From positions 47,306,001-47,370,000 of the forward strand of contig CM114271.1 of assembly GCA_050084515.1 (NCBI GenBank): a DNA stretch of 64,000 bases, read 5' to 3'. The notes under the pieces were generated by a model. That model was not told the DNA's origin. It saw nothing but the letters and a program-made list of their open reading frames with translations, and made no database searches. Both the position numbers and the translations under genes were made by a program. Of this stretch, positions 25,690 to 38,939 are shown one piece after another. Position 1 is the stretch's first letter; the number at the start of each line of letters is the position of its first letter. The DNA is from Blasia pusilla. Taxonomy: Eukaryota.

Positions 25690-26240
25690 ACATTCTTTAT
25701 AGTATTCATGATATAATTATGGACATCGCATTCTCCAAAATGCATCTTTGGGACAACCACCAGCATAATTGCAAAAGGATTCATATCGAGGCCACCACCC
25801 TCCATTATGCTTTTGGAATTCCAATCAAAGGAGATGTTTCCACTATCCGCACAACATCTGATCAATACTCTGCATTAAAGAATGCATAAATAGTGGTAAA
25901 AAATGAGTGCTCAATGCTTCCACATCGTTTGTTGCATATAGTTGCAATAAGGTTAAATGAAGTTTCTTCCTTTACTACAATACATCCTTTGACCACAAAC
26001 CTCGTCATTCTTATTTGTGATCTTTGCCACTTGCCCCTTGTGTATGAGCATAAACGTAGATCTTTTCGTAAAATATGCCCCGTTTCATCTTCTCCCTTAT
26101 TTGAGACTACAAAAGTATATACTCTTCGGTTACCAATTCGTCACTATGGTGATCGAGACTTTCTACAATTCTTGGCCAATACTAGAGGCTTTGTATTATC
26201 TCAAAATGGCATTGACATTAATCTTGATTGTAATTTGTGA
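25690..26240 (+). pseudogene. Decayed Pif1-family helicase, probably Helitron RepHel relic
   Basis: Ordered degenerate motifs: ATTLHYAFGIP (T.HS.F.IP), IVVKNECSML (IIIDE.SML), LVILICDLCHLPLV (IL.GD..QLPPV), RHYGDRDFLQFLANTRG (RQ..D..F...L...R.G). Stops and frameshifts present. Confidence 0.7.
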
Positions 26241-27461
26241 ATGAAGATCATGCTATTAATTTCATCACCTCTTACACACAAATAATTTGCTCACATAGTG
26301 TTGATGTTGTGTTGTTCACATGGATTGAAGACAAAATTTTTCATAAACATCCTCATATTGCTATTTCATAAACATCCTCTATGCTCACCTCAAATGTGAA
26401 TCTTAAACTTGGAGCTGAGAACGATTGTGAAGCAATTGTAGATAGTGTTGTCTACAAAGATGACATTCTTATTGAGATATTCCATATATACACCATCAAA
26501 TATGAATTAAGTGATAAAATTACAAACTTGATGCTATTTTGTCTTCTTGGGTAGTCTTTAGATTAGGGTTTAAAAACGAAAATTTTTATTGATATGATTT
26601 TATTTTATTTTAATATTTCGTATCAAGATTTTTAAATTTATCATCTAGATTTCATGACTTGACACATGAAAAAATTTCTCTTACTATAGGCAACAAGAAT
26701 TTTTTTTGTACATGTACCTACGTTGTACACAAATTTGAATGTGTATAACATGGTTAGTCGTGTTCATGGCACAAGCTTGTTCAAATTTTGGTTGAATTTA
26801 TAGAGGATCTCTTACATAAACGACGTCATATAATTTTCATTCTTATTCTTATTCCAATAACATTTCTTATGTCACAATAACTTAGAATTTATTTCATCCT
26901 ATGCAAATTCAATTGTAGAGAAATAGAATATGAGATCTCCCTCCATATGCTTCCATTATTCATAACATATTTTTGGTAGTGCATTATTATTTGTAAGATT
27001 AAGAAAAGTAAGTGTTTGATTCTCCTAATATGCCCAAAGCTAACTTTTAAAATATATGAACATATTCATACATAGTATATAATCAAGAAGAGCTACTCGA
27101 ATTTGTGGAATTAGCGAAATAAATTTTGAAAGAAGAACAACGTGCTATTTGGGATGATACACATGATGAACTTAATAACATCTCCCAAGAGGCTCCATTA
27201 TTTTCTGGTTTGTAATTTATATAGTTAAAAAAGGATGGGGTTTGATGAAACCCTCCTTAGGTGTTGACATTTATCCTCCAAAAGGTCCTTCTGGTGTTGA
27301 CACATGTGACTTTAGGAAAAGAACTTCAATTAAGAAGAGATAATTAAATAAAGAAAAGAAAGGAAATGAAGACCCCTTTTAAAATTTGGAGATAATTTGT
27401 GTTGTGCACAATGCATAGTAAGGGCAAACCCTCTAATTACAATTACTAGTAATGTCTTTGC

Positions 27462-27779
27462 CTGGATGGATGGAAATGAAAATAACTCACAAATATAATG
27501 AAACCATTATGTTGGACATATGTTTTGCATCCTATTGAAGAATAATCATATTTTCATTTTTCTCTTATTAAAATTTTCTCCTTATTCTTATATTTCCCTT
27601 CCAAAATGAACTTGAAATTGAAAAATTTAATTTCTAAAAATAAAATTAAAAAATTGCAATTACTGAAACCTAAATGAAAATTAAAAAAAAAAACAAAAAC
27701 CGAAAGGCTTCAATGAACGTGTTGGATGGTAATGGTTTCATTATATTTTTGTGAGTTATTTTCATGTCCATCCATCCAG
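27462..27779. mobile_element. MITE-like element with ~50-bp terminal inverted repeats
   Basis: CTGGATGGATGGAAATGAAAATAACTCACAAATATAATGAAACCATTA at left matches the reverse complement of 27729-27779. AT-rich interior; no clear TSD. Confidence 0.55.
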
Positions 27780-27959
27780 TCCAATGAACGCCTTCATTGG
27801 AGCGTCTTAGTAGTCCAAATTTTCTTTGGACTACTAAGGCTCCAATGAATGTGGTGTTCATTGGAGCGTCTTAGTAGTCCAAAGAAAATTTTCATGTCTT
27901 GGGAGAGATACGAATAAGAACGACCAAATACCTAAGGCTCCATTACTTCGTTTAGTATG

Positions 27960-27995
27960 ACTAGTGAGAATGCCCGTGCGATGCATAGGCGCCAA
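27960..27995 (-). mobile_element. Helitron-like 3' terminus
   Basis: A|CTAG...GCCCGTGCGATGCATAGGC gives hairpin + CTAG|T on the minus strand. Confidence 0.5.
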
Positions 27996-28959
27996 ATTTT
28001 AGCACATTAAACTCCCTCATTACTAAGTTTGCTACTATGGGGCTTTTCTCCTTTCATCCCCTCCAGCCGGTTTGGCAGTGCACGGAGCTTAGCATAAGCT
28101 TTCATCTCGAGACACACTTTATAGCCCTCCATCGTACCCGTAGCATCTAGTGAGGGCTGATTTTTTTTAGGGGATGATGATCTTTGGACCACAAGGGCTA
28201 CATTGAGATGGTGAGGACATGGTTTAGGTCCGAATCTCCTCTAAAAGCGCAAGAAACCTTGCTTCGTATAAATGTAGAACTTTCGTGGATGATGGCACAA
28301 ACACCTGCGAAGAAATGTTGGAAATCAATTTCCGACTGTTGTAAGATTGTGACACCGATTTAGTTACTCGAAGCTCAGCTTTCTGAGCTATATTCCTCTA
28401 AAAACACAGCAATGGATCATGGTTTTCCTGAAAATTGACATTGACATAACAAATAGCAAATTCCAAGCTTATCAAATAGCTTGAAATTTGCTACTCAATT
28501 AGTTTCTCAAAGTTCCCTTCACACAGTCCCAAAATTTTCTCACTCACGGAATTGGAAAACGGACTATCAATTCCTTCCAGGTGCAGAATCGATCTCTTAG
28601 AAACAACATAAGTAGTTGTGGTATGGAGAAGCACCTCAACTGGACTGAAGGGCAGACACGGAAGCTCAACGATGTTTTCTTCTGGTACCTAACCAAACCT
28701 ACGAAAGATTCATAACATGATGAAAGCAATGCTCAATGACAAAATCGGCTACCCCAAGAATCTAGCCAAAGGAATCCAACGGGTGAGGATAGGAGATCAT
28801 CCAAACTCCAAGAAATCATGGTTAGAATGATGCAAAGGAGCCCTATAGTGCGCAATCAATTTTCCAATACAACGCATTATCAGAGAAAGCCTACCAACCA
28901 TCCAAAACAGATGCCGTGATCTTCGCATTAGAGCAGCTCCTGTACTGGATAAAGCGTTC

Positions 28960-30900
28960 AATCGAGTGAAGGAAATCCTCTGGCAAGAACCAGTTCTGAA
29001 GCTGCCGGAGTTTGATCAACTGTTTGAGGTGCACATTGATGCTAGTGATTTCGCAATTGTAAGAATGTTGGTGCAAAAAGGGAGACCTGTAGCATACGAG
29101 AGCAAGAAGCTCAGCGACACCGAAAGGAGATGGCCCACCATGAGAAAGAGTTGTTTGCGGTGGTTCATTTCTTGAGGAAGTGGCGTCACTATCTGGGACT
29201 TAAAACTCGAGTATTCACCAATAACATATCGCTCAAGTATTTTGAGACCCAGGATGGTGTAACACCAAAGCAACTTCGATGGCATGATACCTTGGCATTG
29301 ACGAATGTGGAGCTAATCCACAAGCCGAGGAAAGACAATGCATTCCAGATGCGTTAAGTCGCAGGGATGAGCATATGCCATCGACGACACAAGTATTGAG
29401 AGCAATGTTCCCGAATGAAACAGACGTGGAAAGAAGGATTCGTGAAGGATTCATGAAAGGCACAATTGAAGTTTCATTTTTTAGAATTGAACTTCGATTG
29501 AGGAGGTTTTCGTGCGCATACACATCGCTAGGATGCACAAGAGAGTGAGTACCTTGGGAAGTTGAAGCGGGGCAAGAAGGTGGCCAATCTAAGTTTGAGG
29601 CACGGCTTGCTAAGGTTTAAGAAGAGCAGGATCTATGTAGGCCAAGGCAAGCTACGGACCAAAGTGTTTGTGGAATGTCATGATGGACCTTTGGCAGGAC
29701 ACAAAGGGGAGAAATCCACTCTTGTTGTTTTGGCCAAGAGGTTCTTCTGGCCCAACATGAAGGAAGACGTTGCTCAATATGTGAAGACCTGCGTGACTTG
29801 TAAGGCGAACAAAGTTTCTTATGCGAAGAAGCAAGGATAACTTCGTCCCTTGCAAAGCATTAGCATGGATTTCATTACGAGTCTTCTTGAATCTGAGGGA
29901 TACAACGCAATACTTGTAATAGTTGATCGGTTTAGCTAGTTGGGGAGGTTTGTGCCAATGAGAGATTGTGCAACGGCCTACACGACTTCCCGAGTGTTCC
30001 TAGATAGTTGGTGGCAAGCTCACGGATTGCCTAGGAGCATTGTGTCCGATCGAGATCCGAAGTTTACAAGTGCCTTATGGAAACATATATTCAGGAGGTT
30101 CCGGACCAAACTCAGCTTTAGTACGGCCTTCCATCCTCAAACGGATGGGCAAACGGAAAAAGTAAACTCGGTTGTGAGTGCGGACCAAAGAGATTGGGCC
30201 AAGTAGCTAAGTATGGCTGAGTATTGTTACAACTTGACCAACCATTCTGCAATCAGAGAATCTCCGTTTCTTCTGGCGTATCAAAGAGAACCAGAAGGGC
30301 CTCTTGACTTAGCTCTTTTGAAGGGTGCTACATCGGCAACACTCGTCAAGCAACGGCGGAATGTTTGTTAGTGGAAATGCAAGAATGACAAGAGCGAGCG
30401 AGGAAAAGTCTTGCCAAGGCTCAACTAAGGTACTTGAAGCATGCTAACAAAAGTCGGCGCGAAGTGAGTTTCCAAGTTGGGGAATAAGTGTGGTTGAGTG
30501 TAAAGAATCTCACTCTTCCAAAGGAATTGTCCGCAAAATTGTCAGCCAAGTATGTTGGATTGTATGTGATCAAGGCAAATTCGCTTGAGGATGCCTACAC
30601 ATTGGAGTTGCCAAACAAGTTCAATATTCACCTGACTTTCCATGTGTCATTATTGAAGAAGTGTTTTCAAGACAATGTGTGTCCGGAACGAAGGATGGTG
30701 TTGAGACCACAACAGGTCAACAGAAATGAGGAACCAGACTTCGAGGTGGAGACCATTTTGCATTCCAGATGTAGAGCCGCCAAGTACGAGTACTTGGTCA
30801 AGTGGAAAGGCTACCATGTGAAAGAGGCGACTTGGTTGCGGAGGTGTATCTTGAACACGCGCAAGAAGCGTTGCGAGACTTCAAATGGATGCAAGATAGG
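28960..30900 (+). mobile_element. Degenerate Ty3/gypsy chromovirus pol fragment (RNase H - integrase - chromodomain)
   Basis: FEVHIDASDFAI, RPVAYESKKL, HEKELFAVV; integrase Zn finger ECHD...GH...FFWPNM...CVTCK; core HGLPRSIVSDRDPKFTS...STAFHPQTDGQTE; GPY/F-like region; chromodomain FEVETILHSR...YEYLVKWKGY..KEATW. Many stops. Confidence 0.92.
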
Positions 30901-31607
30901 CACATACGTTAGTACATGGGAAGCAAAGGACATGACTTGTGACCGGGAAGCTTGGGCCGATAACCCGTAGTAACTAGAAATGTTTAGTTGTAACAATAAA
31001 AAAATGCCTGGATTTGGAGATTCGATGCTTGTGATCGTGATTTTGAGTTTGGTAGTGCATGGCAATGAGTAGTTCTTAATATGCTTAGGATGTAAGTCAA
31101 GGAGGCCAAACAATGAGTATTTGAGGTGAGAGCTTGTATTCGGATAAGGCATCTAGATCAGGACCAGGTGTTGAAGTACTAGCATTGGGACCCACCCTAA
31201 CATCGGCGGGGCAGATTAGTCTATCTTGGGGTTTGTGGTGATTTCATTCATGTTGCATGAGTGAACTTAGTGACGCGTCTAAGTAGAATACGAGGGACTC
31301 AAAAGTAGTACGAGTTGGCTAGGTAAACATGCGGTTGTTTACAAATAGTGAGTGAAGTGTTAGGTTGCAGACTTAGTTAACTTATTTTGATAGTTAAGAT
31401 TAGTTCTGCAGAACTGCTCTAGGCTAATTGAAGTGAAGAAGCTAATAATTCTAAGTGCTGCAAGCAACAACCTAACACTTAAGCCAAAAGAGGAATTGCG
31501 GGTTAGCTACCAGAACACGATTCAATGTTAAGGGGTCGGCTTCCCATAACTTAACATTAAAAAAGGTTTGCATTGATAAGGACATCAACCTTCTAAGAAG
31601 GGGTGAG

Positions 31608-32588
31608 TGTCGTGACCCACGTAACCAAATAATACCAAATAGGCTTCAAGCGGAACATCACAACTCACGTGGACTTACGCTGCGATGATCGCACTTTGGA
31701 GAGGATTTTGGAAAGGTCTCTTGGAAATGTCCAAGACACGAAACGCGGAATAGAGTTGTGTATTTCATGCGTTAGTGGTCGCGACCAAGAAACCTAGACC
31801 AAACACAAGCCAAGACTTGAGATGAGTTGAGTCTTGGAAGGTTGGTTGCCAAAGACGTAAGAACCAATTTTGGAACACGACTAGCGTTTGGGGAATTCGA
31901 CTGTGTTTTGGATCATAACGTTTAGCCCCAACATGCATTTGGAACAAATAAGAGCGCGTTGGAAATCTTATCTTAAGACGCTTCCAACGCATTAAAGATC
32001 TTAACAAACGCATAACTACAGACTGAGATATTGGCCAAAAACAATTGTGAGAGCAATCGGATTGAGTGCCAATTGGAGAGGCCCAGGTGTCTTTCAATAA
32101 ATTTAGGGAACCGCGGAGATCCCCAGAAGTACTAGTAAGGGAGGAATCTCTCCAAGATGTCTTGGAACACGAATCCCCAGACAACATCTCAGAGGCACGA
32201 GATGGAACGGGAGTTTGGCGTTGGAACTCAAAACCCAAACCTGATCCAAGTGAGTGGACTTTGTACGCCACACTTGGATTCCGACCCGAGATTCACTTTG
32301 TGCGAGTCTCGGTTAGGGACTCATTGGATGTCTATCGGATAGTTGGAACCGCCACGCGCAAAATGCCGTTTGAGGTTCGTGATCCGACCATAAGGTATGT
32401 CCCAAGTCTTTCGAGACTTGCCCGTGTTGTAAACCGCGAAACAAGGAAGGTTGAGCTTGATGAGAGATCGATACGAGAACTTGGAAAGTTTGCCCGCTGA
32501 TTGATGCAAGACCCGACTAACCAGAGTGTGTGTTTAAATCAAAATTGTAGTGAGAGCGTGACCTACTGAATGCACGCTTCCAGAACGA
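31608..32588 (+). repeat. Probable 3' LTR of the chromovirus (~1 kb)
   Basis: Starts TGTCGTGACCC directly after the purine tract AAGAAGGGGTGAG. Colinear with 45180-46172 over about 1 kb. Confidence 0.7.
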
Positions 32589-34660
32589 CTTGGCCTGATC
32601 CGGGTCTCGACGTTTGATGTCGTAGAGCGCCATCCAAAGAGTCGTCAGACTCCAAGGGTTACCACCAACCTTCAAACCTTCAACGCTAGGAGTTATCAGC
32701 CGTTAGTGAGCTTCACTTTAGGATCGTTGGCCCTCAAAGAGCATCCAATCGAAGGAAGAGGAAGTGGCTATTAAAACCATGACCAACAGCTCACAGCGAA
32801 ACCCTAAACCAACCAGTCACTCACGATATTGCGGATTCTTCCCACGATTGACGTCGAGAATTGCGGAATGCACGGGAAGTGGAAGTAGAATCAGTGTGAA
32901 GTTTGATGGCTAAGACGACAACAACCGACCCCCAATGTCACTCTCAACCAGTGCAGATTTTCAATTGCACCAAATCAGAGGCACATTGGACTCAGATAGA
33001 CTCGATGATGCGAGAGCAGAGAGCGCTAGTGAACAGAGAAAAGGGAAAGGTGCTCGGCACAAGGAGATCGATAAGAATGCGTAAACAGAGTAGCAGACAA
33101 ACTAATTTCTACTTGGTGATGCAGCTTGGGGAAACGGCTTGCATTTGGCGTAAATATGCAATTTACGCATGTTCGCTAATCCGTCTGCTCACATGGAGAT
33201 GAACGGAAGCGCTTCAAATTTTGGGCAGAGGGTTTAGCGAATTTCTTCGAATTGTCACTGTCACACACTCTGATTCTCTCGAGTGTAGGAGAAGGCTAAA
33301 TGTCAGCGATTTTTTTCGAATTGTGTAACATTGTTGCCCTTACGTTGAATATCGACATCCTGACTGTCAGATGAATTCCCCAGTTGACCGCTGCGAGCTC
33401 ATGTGCTCGGTTGGAGCGTGGCTGAAGGCAGATCTTCCCTGCCGGTAGGATTCACGGACCACAGCAATCCAGAAACCTGGAAAACACCCAAACATGAACT
33501 GCTCCACCCTCTCCGCGCACTCCACTGCATAATGCGTCCTCAACCCTCTCTGCATAAATATGACGATACCTTCTTCCGTTCCTTCGAGTTTGCACCAAGT
33601 TGCCTGCGCCTCCTTCTTCAACTTCGAGGCTGAGTTATTTGCAATTCTAAAGCTACCTAGCTAACATGTGTTTTACGGCTAGTTAAAGAATTCCTCTCTT
33701 ATAATTCTGTGGAATAAAATCACATTTGGTTCAAAAATAAGCCCGTGAAAGATGGAAGAAAGTAGTTCGGTGTGGAAGGAAATGCCACCTCGTTCAAGCA
33801 TAAAGCCGCGCGAGAGTTTTAACATTTTCTCGGAAAATACAACCTCGTTAAAAAATAAGTCCCTGAAAGTACTTAACTTTTTCTCAAAAGAGACGTTTCA
33901 CATTTCTGCTCTGAGAGGGGCCTCACTTCTTTGGGAGGGGAGTTACCAAAAGAAGTAACCCCTCCTCACATTATAGTATAGATTTGGAAATCGAATTCTA
34001 ATAGCATAAATGCCGAGTGGATAGAATGCACACATTCAATTCTTGAACACCAAGTCACAAGTTCACCGGAGTCTTTCCATTCACGAAAGGCAAAACATTG
34101 ATTGCGTTTCACCGCCCGCCAACAATATGCAGTGCGCGTGTCTGCCAACGATTCGCACTCAGAAAGCACAGCTTTATGGACGTACAGTGGAGCCTCTGCT
34201 TTTTACAGAATCCAAATGCATTCCAGGTCTCAGCGATGGATAGAGAGGATCCTGTAAAAGGTAAACAGATAGCTATTTGGATAACGTTTGTACACTCTTA
34301 AACTCCTCACGCAGCCTTCCGAGTGGAAACGTCTATGAGACGCTCGTGGTGTCGGAGCCGTTGCGATTGAATTTCTGGAATCCAAGAGCATTGCGCGTGC
34401 GGAGTCGCTGGTGGGAATCGCGGTCTCCAGTGAGTATTGCTCTTTCGAGTGCTATTTGTTCGTCGGTGTCATCTTTTCCAGTTCGAAGTTCTTCTGATAG
34501 CAGTGAACCTCTCAAGGCTCCAATATCTCTCCCTCAGAATCCCTTATCGAGCGATCTACTCTGACCTCGCACTCTTCGATTTGTCTGGATTACAGGGCCT
34601 ATTGTGTTGTATGGAGCGTCACGATTCGCCATGGTTCAACCGGTTGTCTGTCGTGAAGTT

Positions 34661-34786
34661 AACCCGTGAAGTTATTGTTGTTTAACAGCAGTGTCCTTTA
34701 ACATTCGTGTAGAGCGACAGTTTCCTAAAAATCGAACAATGTATATTTAAAGACGCTGCTGTTCGACAGCAATAACTTCGCTGGTT
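34661..34786 (+). ncRNA. Candidate pre-miRNA-like stem-loop
   Basis: Arms 34668-34701 and 34747-34779 pair over ~33 positions with three U:G wobbles, one mismatch and one bulge on the + strand. It lies in sequence with no recognisable CDS or TE. Confidence 0.45.
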
Positions 34787-36863
34787 CTTTATCGGATCGG
34801 ACCGGATGTTGAACTTGAGGCTAGCAGGGTGAGTGGACACTCTTTCATGGGTCTTTGGTGCTTAGGCCGCTCAATAGTCTGATCCACCTGGCCACCGTGA
34901 ATCTGAGTGTTACCAGGAATCAGCTAGCGGGAATGTCCGGGTTTCAGTTTCTTCGTTTGTGTGGAATGTGAGTTTTCGATTTACTCATTTCTCGCACACC
35001 AATGTCCTCTGAATGATTTGCTTTCAATTCTTGGTGCCGGAAATTGCAGTTTCTCTTTCGGTGACAAAGTATGGCTTTGTCTGCAGTAACAGTGCAAATA
35101 TTTATCTCCATTCCGCAGTTCAGCTCACCTCAACGCTGTACGCGTACATTTGCTTCTTCGATTTTCATTGACCACTCCTCTAGTTCGATGTTACATTGAT
35201 CACTAATCTGATTCGGTGACCCTGGTTGCAATATTCCCACGCTCCACAGCCGCAATCAAATCAGTACCTACTTCGTTCGTTTTACGGACTGATGTCAATA
35301 GCCGATTGTAGCAGTCGATTCTTTGCGGTCCGCAGCGGAATGGACGACTGGTACGATTACTTTTAGGAGTTTCCCTTTCCGCTCCCGGCATGGAGATGGT
35401 AAGCTTTCTCATTGCGATGCTCGCCGGCACATTGATTGACCATTGAGCAATTAGATCCTGATTTGATGAGCGCTGTGGAACGTGGGGACATTGCAAACAG
35501 GCAGCCTACTCTGTGTCCGCAATCCTCGAAAGTCGAGATCTAACTTTGTTATCAGGGCGGTAGGTCGGTCACATTCAGTTTTGAGTCTTCTCCTAACGAT
35601 CAAGATGAGTTTTGAAATCATCCATCCATGGAGTGCGATGGACGCGAAGCAGCAATTCATAAGCATGAATGCAGGTCAGATTGTGCCACACCGGAACGAG
35701 TGAGTCATGAATCGACACCTTCTGTGTCTTCTCAGATGCCTCTTACCATGAAAGATAGCGTAGGTCCTCACCAGTGCAGAGAGGAGGATGAAGGGCTTCC
35801 ACTCCAGCAACAGATGTAGCCGCGTCACTATTTCTTCGTTCAAGTTCGTAAGAGCACCGGCATCACGTTACTCTCGGCGATTTCATCTCCTGCTGCACTT
35901 CTGTGCGTGCGCACCTGCTGGAAAGATGACCCGACGAATCCATGGACAATGAATCCTCACCCATCCATGGACAGTTGTGCTTAGGTGCACCTCAACACAA
36001 CTGCCGAAGGTGAATAATTCATGTACGCGAAAGATGAACAATTCATCTTTCGCGATTGTATTTCATCACCTTGACCCATATAACTTGTTCTCTTATATCG
36101 AGGCAAAACATGTTTAGAGGATGGAGTGTTGAACACATGAGGCATTTTATAGACAAAAACTCATGTAGAAGACGTGTGACGGGCACTTCCACACCAAACT
36201 ATACTTTTCGGTTCAATAAGCATGTCTACTTTAAGCTTTCCCACAAGTAGTTGGTTTGGATGTAATGGCCTGAAAATTTGACTTTCTTTAAGTATGTCTT
36301 TATTTGATATATTCTTCCACCTCAACTACTAGTGAATTGGCCCGTCCCCTTAGTAGGAAGTTAGACAGGAGAGAAATATAAAATCTTTGTAAACAAAGTC
36401 TTACTTTGATTTTATTTGATACTATGTCATTTTCATCTTAGTGCATAAAAAGTTTTAATGACATATTTGGAGAGTTGATTCTAGCATCCGAAAATAATGT
36501 ACATGTCAAGTCATATGTTTCTTATGAGAAGCCTATTTAGTGGTCCTCATGTCTCTTTATGTGTTGTTATAATTTCTCTTGGTGAGATTAGTTGATAGAG
36601 CGGTGGCTCCTTTTGCTGTTTTTGGGCTATTTGTGGCTTTCACGTACTCGATTCTTTGAGTCCCTTCTTTTTGGTATTTTGGACGGGTTTTCCATCACCC
36701 TTTTTTTTATTGAGGCCTCACAAATTTTTTTAATAGAAAAATTATCAAAGGCAGATCCCCCAACATTTGTTGCTTTCCAGACAATACTTTTTGCTTGTTT
36801 TCATTGTTTTTTAAATTTGAAAACGAGAAAAATGCTTTTCAGTGCAGTGTGTCTCCTAATTTT

Positions 36864-36990
36864 ACTAGTGTATATTCCGTGCAATGCACAAGAGTGAAGG
36901 GACTAATGGTGTTGCATACAAAGTAATGTGAGAAATATTTTATCGATGCCTACATGTCACATGTCAAGCAAACAAGTGTTTGCAAATCAA
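36864..36990 (-). mobile_element. Non-autonomous Helitron 3' end, diverged copy of the 14031 family
   Basis: ACTAGTG...TCCGTGCAATGCAC...GTGAAGGGACTAAT...CACATGTCAAGCAAACAAGTGTTTGCAAA matches 14031-14200. Confidence 0.6.
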
Positions 36991-37399
36991 AAAGGCATTC
37001 TCCTATGATAATATAACCCTTACTCTATCATATTACTTTTGTTACTCTCATGGAATCCTCTTTAAATGAAACTAGCATTTTAATACCATTGAATATAATA
37101 AGATAATGCACACAAATACATAGATGTAGAGGCATTAATTTGAAGGAACATCCTCAGTAGTTCAAGAGCTCTTCGCTTCAAAAGACACCTATACTTCCAA
37201 GTCATCAAATTCTTCCCAAACAAAATCTTAGGATTTATCATCTTTTACCTTAATTAACTTATTACTCATATTGCCCTTTCTTAACTCTTATTTGAGATCA
37301 ATCATAATTACCATGGTTAGATTTGATATAGACTTTATTGGATTATTAGACTCTTAGTGGCCTCTTTTGGAAGACTTGGCAACTTGTCCAAGGTTTGCA

Positions 37400-37931
37400 T
37401 GCATTTGAAAAAAGGGATCTTTGTTCAACTCTTGCTGATGCATGAAGCAGGCCATAGGACCTATAATGTATACTAAGAATATGTGAGAAAAATTAAACTT
37501 TCAGAATAGGGAGTCTTAAGAGCTTTGCCATACTGACTTTCTCTCTCGTTCAACCAAATCCACTCTCATGCTAAGAGGATATGACTACTCATAATACAAG
37601 GAGCATCATAGCTCCTTCCAAACCTTCTTGTATTTAGGTATTCCCTCTCTTTGATGACCAACGCAAATAGATTGCCTCCTTGATCAGTCGTGAGAAAAAT
37701 CAATGCCTAGATATTTGTAACTCTTCACTTGTTTTAATTGTAGACATTTATAAAAGATCGAGAACTTGGATCTAGTATCCACTATAATGACTTTAGACTT
37801 CTCCATATTAACCTCCATCTGATTTTGGGTACAAAAACTTGCCAAAGTGTCGAGGTGTTTTTCTAAATTAATGCCATCACGTGCTAGTAATATGATATCA
37901 TCTTCATACAATAAAGCTTTGATGATAAAGT
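37400..37931 (-). mobile_element. LINE ORF2 RT C-terminal fragment
   Basis: KALLYEDDIILLA...LEKHLDTLASFC...EVNMEKSKVII...QVKSYKYLGI (RT domains 5-7). Confidence 0.85.
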
Positions 37932-38930
37932 TGTCGTGCGCATACACATCGCTAGACAACCCACATCGCTAGTCATATCTACATACCACACAACACCGAT
38001 CTTCCCCAACATACAGGTAGATCCACACATAAATGAAACATACGCACGCATATATATTGGGACCCCACAACAAAATCAAGAGTAGTAAAAACGGCTTACC
38101 CAGCCTAAAAGTCCACTCATGAATCTACATCGGTATATCGAACCACATCCATCCTGTGCTATGAGGGAATCGGGACGCTAGCACCCTAACTCATACACAC
38201 CCACACACGTCTATGCAAGAGAGGAGCTCCTAAGGCTCAACATGAGAAAGATGGCTTGGGAAACCCATCTTCCTCACTCTTATACCCTTGGGAAGAGCCA
38301 AAAGGCTCTTCCCCCAAAAATAGCCCTACCAATGGTAACCTGCGTGCACATGTTACCGGGTGACTGTTGACTCGGTCAACGGGTCATCTGACACACTAAA
38401 ACCAAAATAGGGAAATCGCCATAAACGACGCTCTCGACATAACAGACCTGCAACAATAAAGAAGCTCTGCACCATGGGAAGAGACATCCATCTTGGCATG
38501 TCTCTCCATGGGACTATCCGCTATAAGAATATCCTCTGTATGTGTGCTCCTCTCTCCGAACCCTCTTGATCAGCTAACACCACCTGTGAATGCTGCTAAC
38601 GTGATCTCCGTATCCTCACGTGGTCGACCACCACTACTTTGACTACTCCCTACAAACAACACCGGTAGATGGCTCACCCGTCCATCACCTGATCGCCACC
38701 CTGGCCGATAAGAAACCGTCTCCTCCCAAAAATCTAGATTGAACCCAAGGGGATACAACACCGTACTCCCTACCAACACATCATATGACTCCACCGGTGT
38801 CGTAATCGCCCAAGTGCGCACCATCGGACTATCCGACTCATGCTTTGGCTAGAGTCTAACCACCAACTCCTGTCGAATCATGTAATGTGTGGGTGATACG
38901 CCCCTAATAGAGGTCTGTATCCGAAAGAGA
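37932..38930 (-). mobile_element. Truncated gypsy fragment (LTR end plus protease-region remnant) nested in the LINE
   Basis: Begins TGTCGTGCGCATACACATCGCTA, the reverse complement of the terminus at 51695-51717. The ORF at 38570-38824 (VRTWAITTPVESYDVLVG) resembles 44403-44609 (VRAKAIVTDVESYEVLIG). Confidence 0.7.
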
Positions 38931-38939
38931 TACAAACCA

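Noticed and set aside
32066..32500. 144-aa ORF with a similar ORF at 45845-46075
   Set aside because: Both lie inside copies of the same LTR-like repeat and the frames are not conserved end to end.
33360..35950. Short ORFs (33403, 34277, 34333, 35203 etc.) as a protein gene
   Set aside because: No recognisable domain and no consistent spliced frame could be built.
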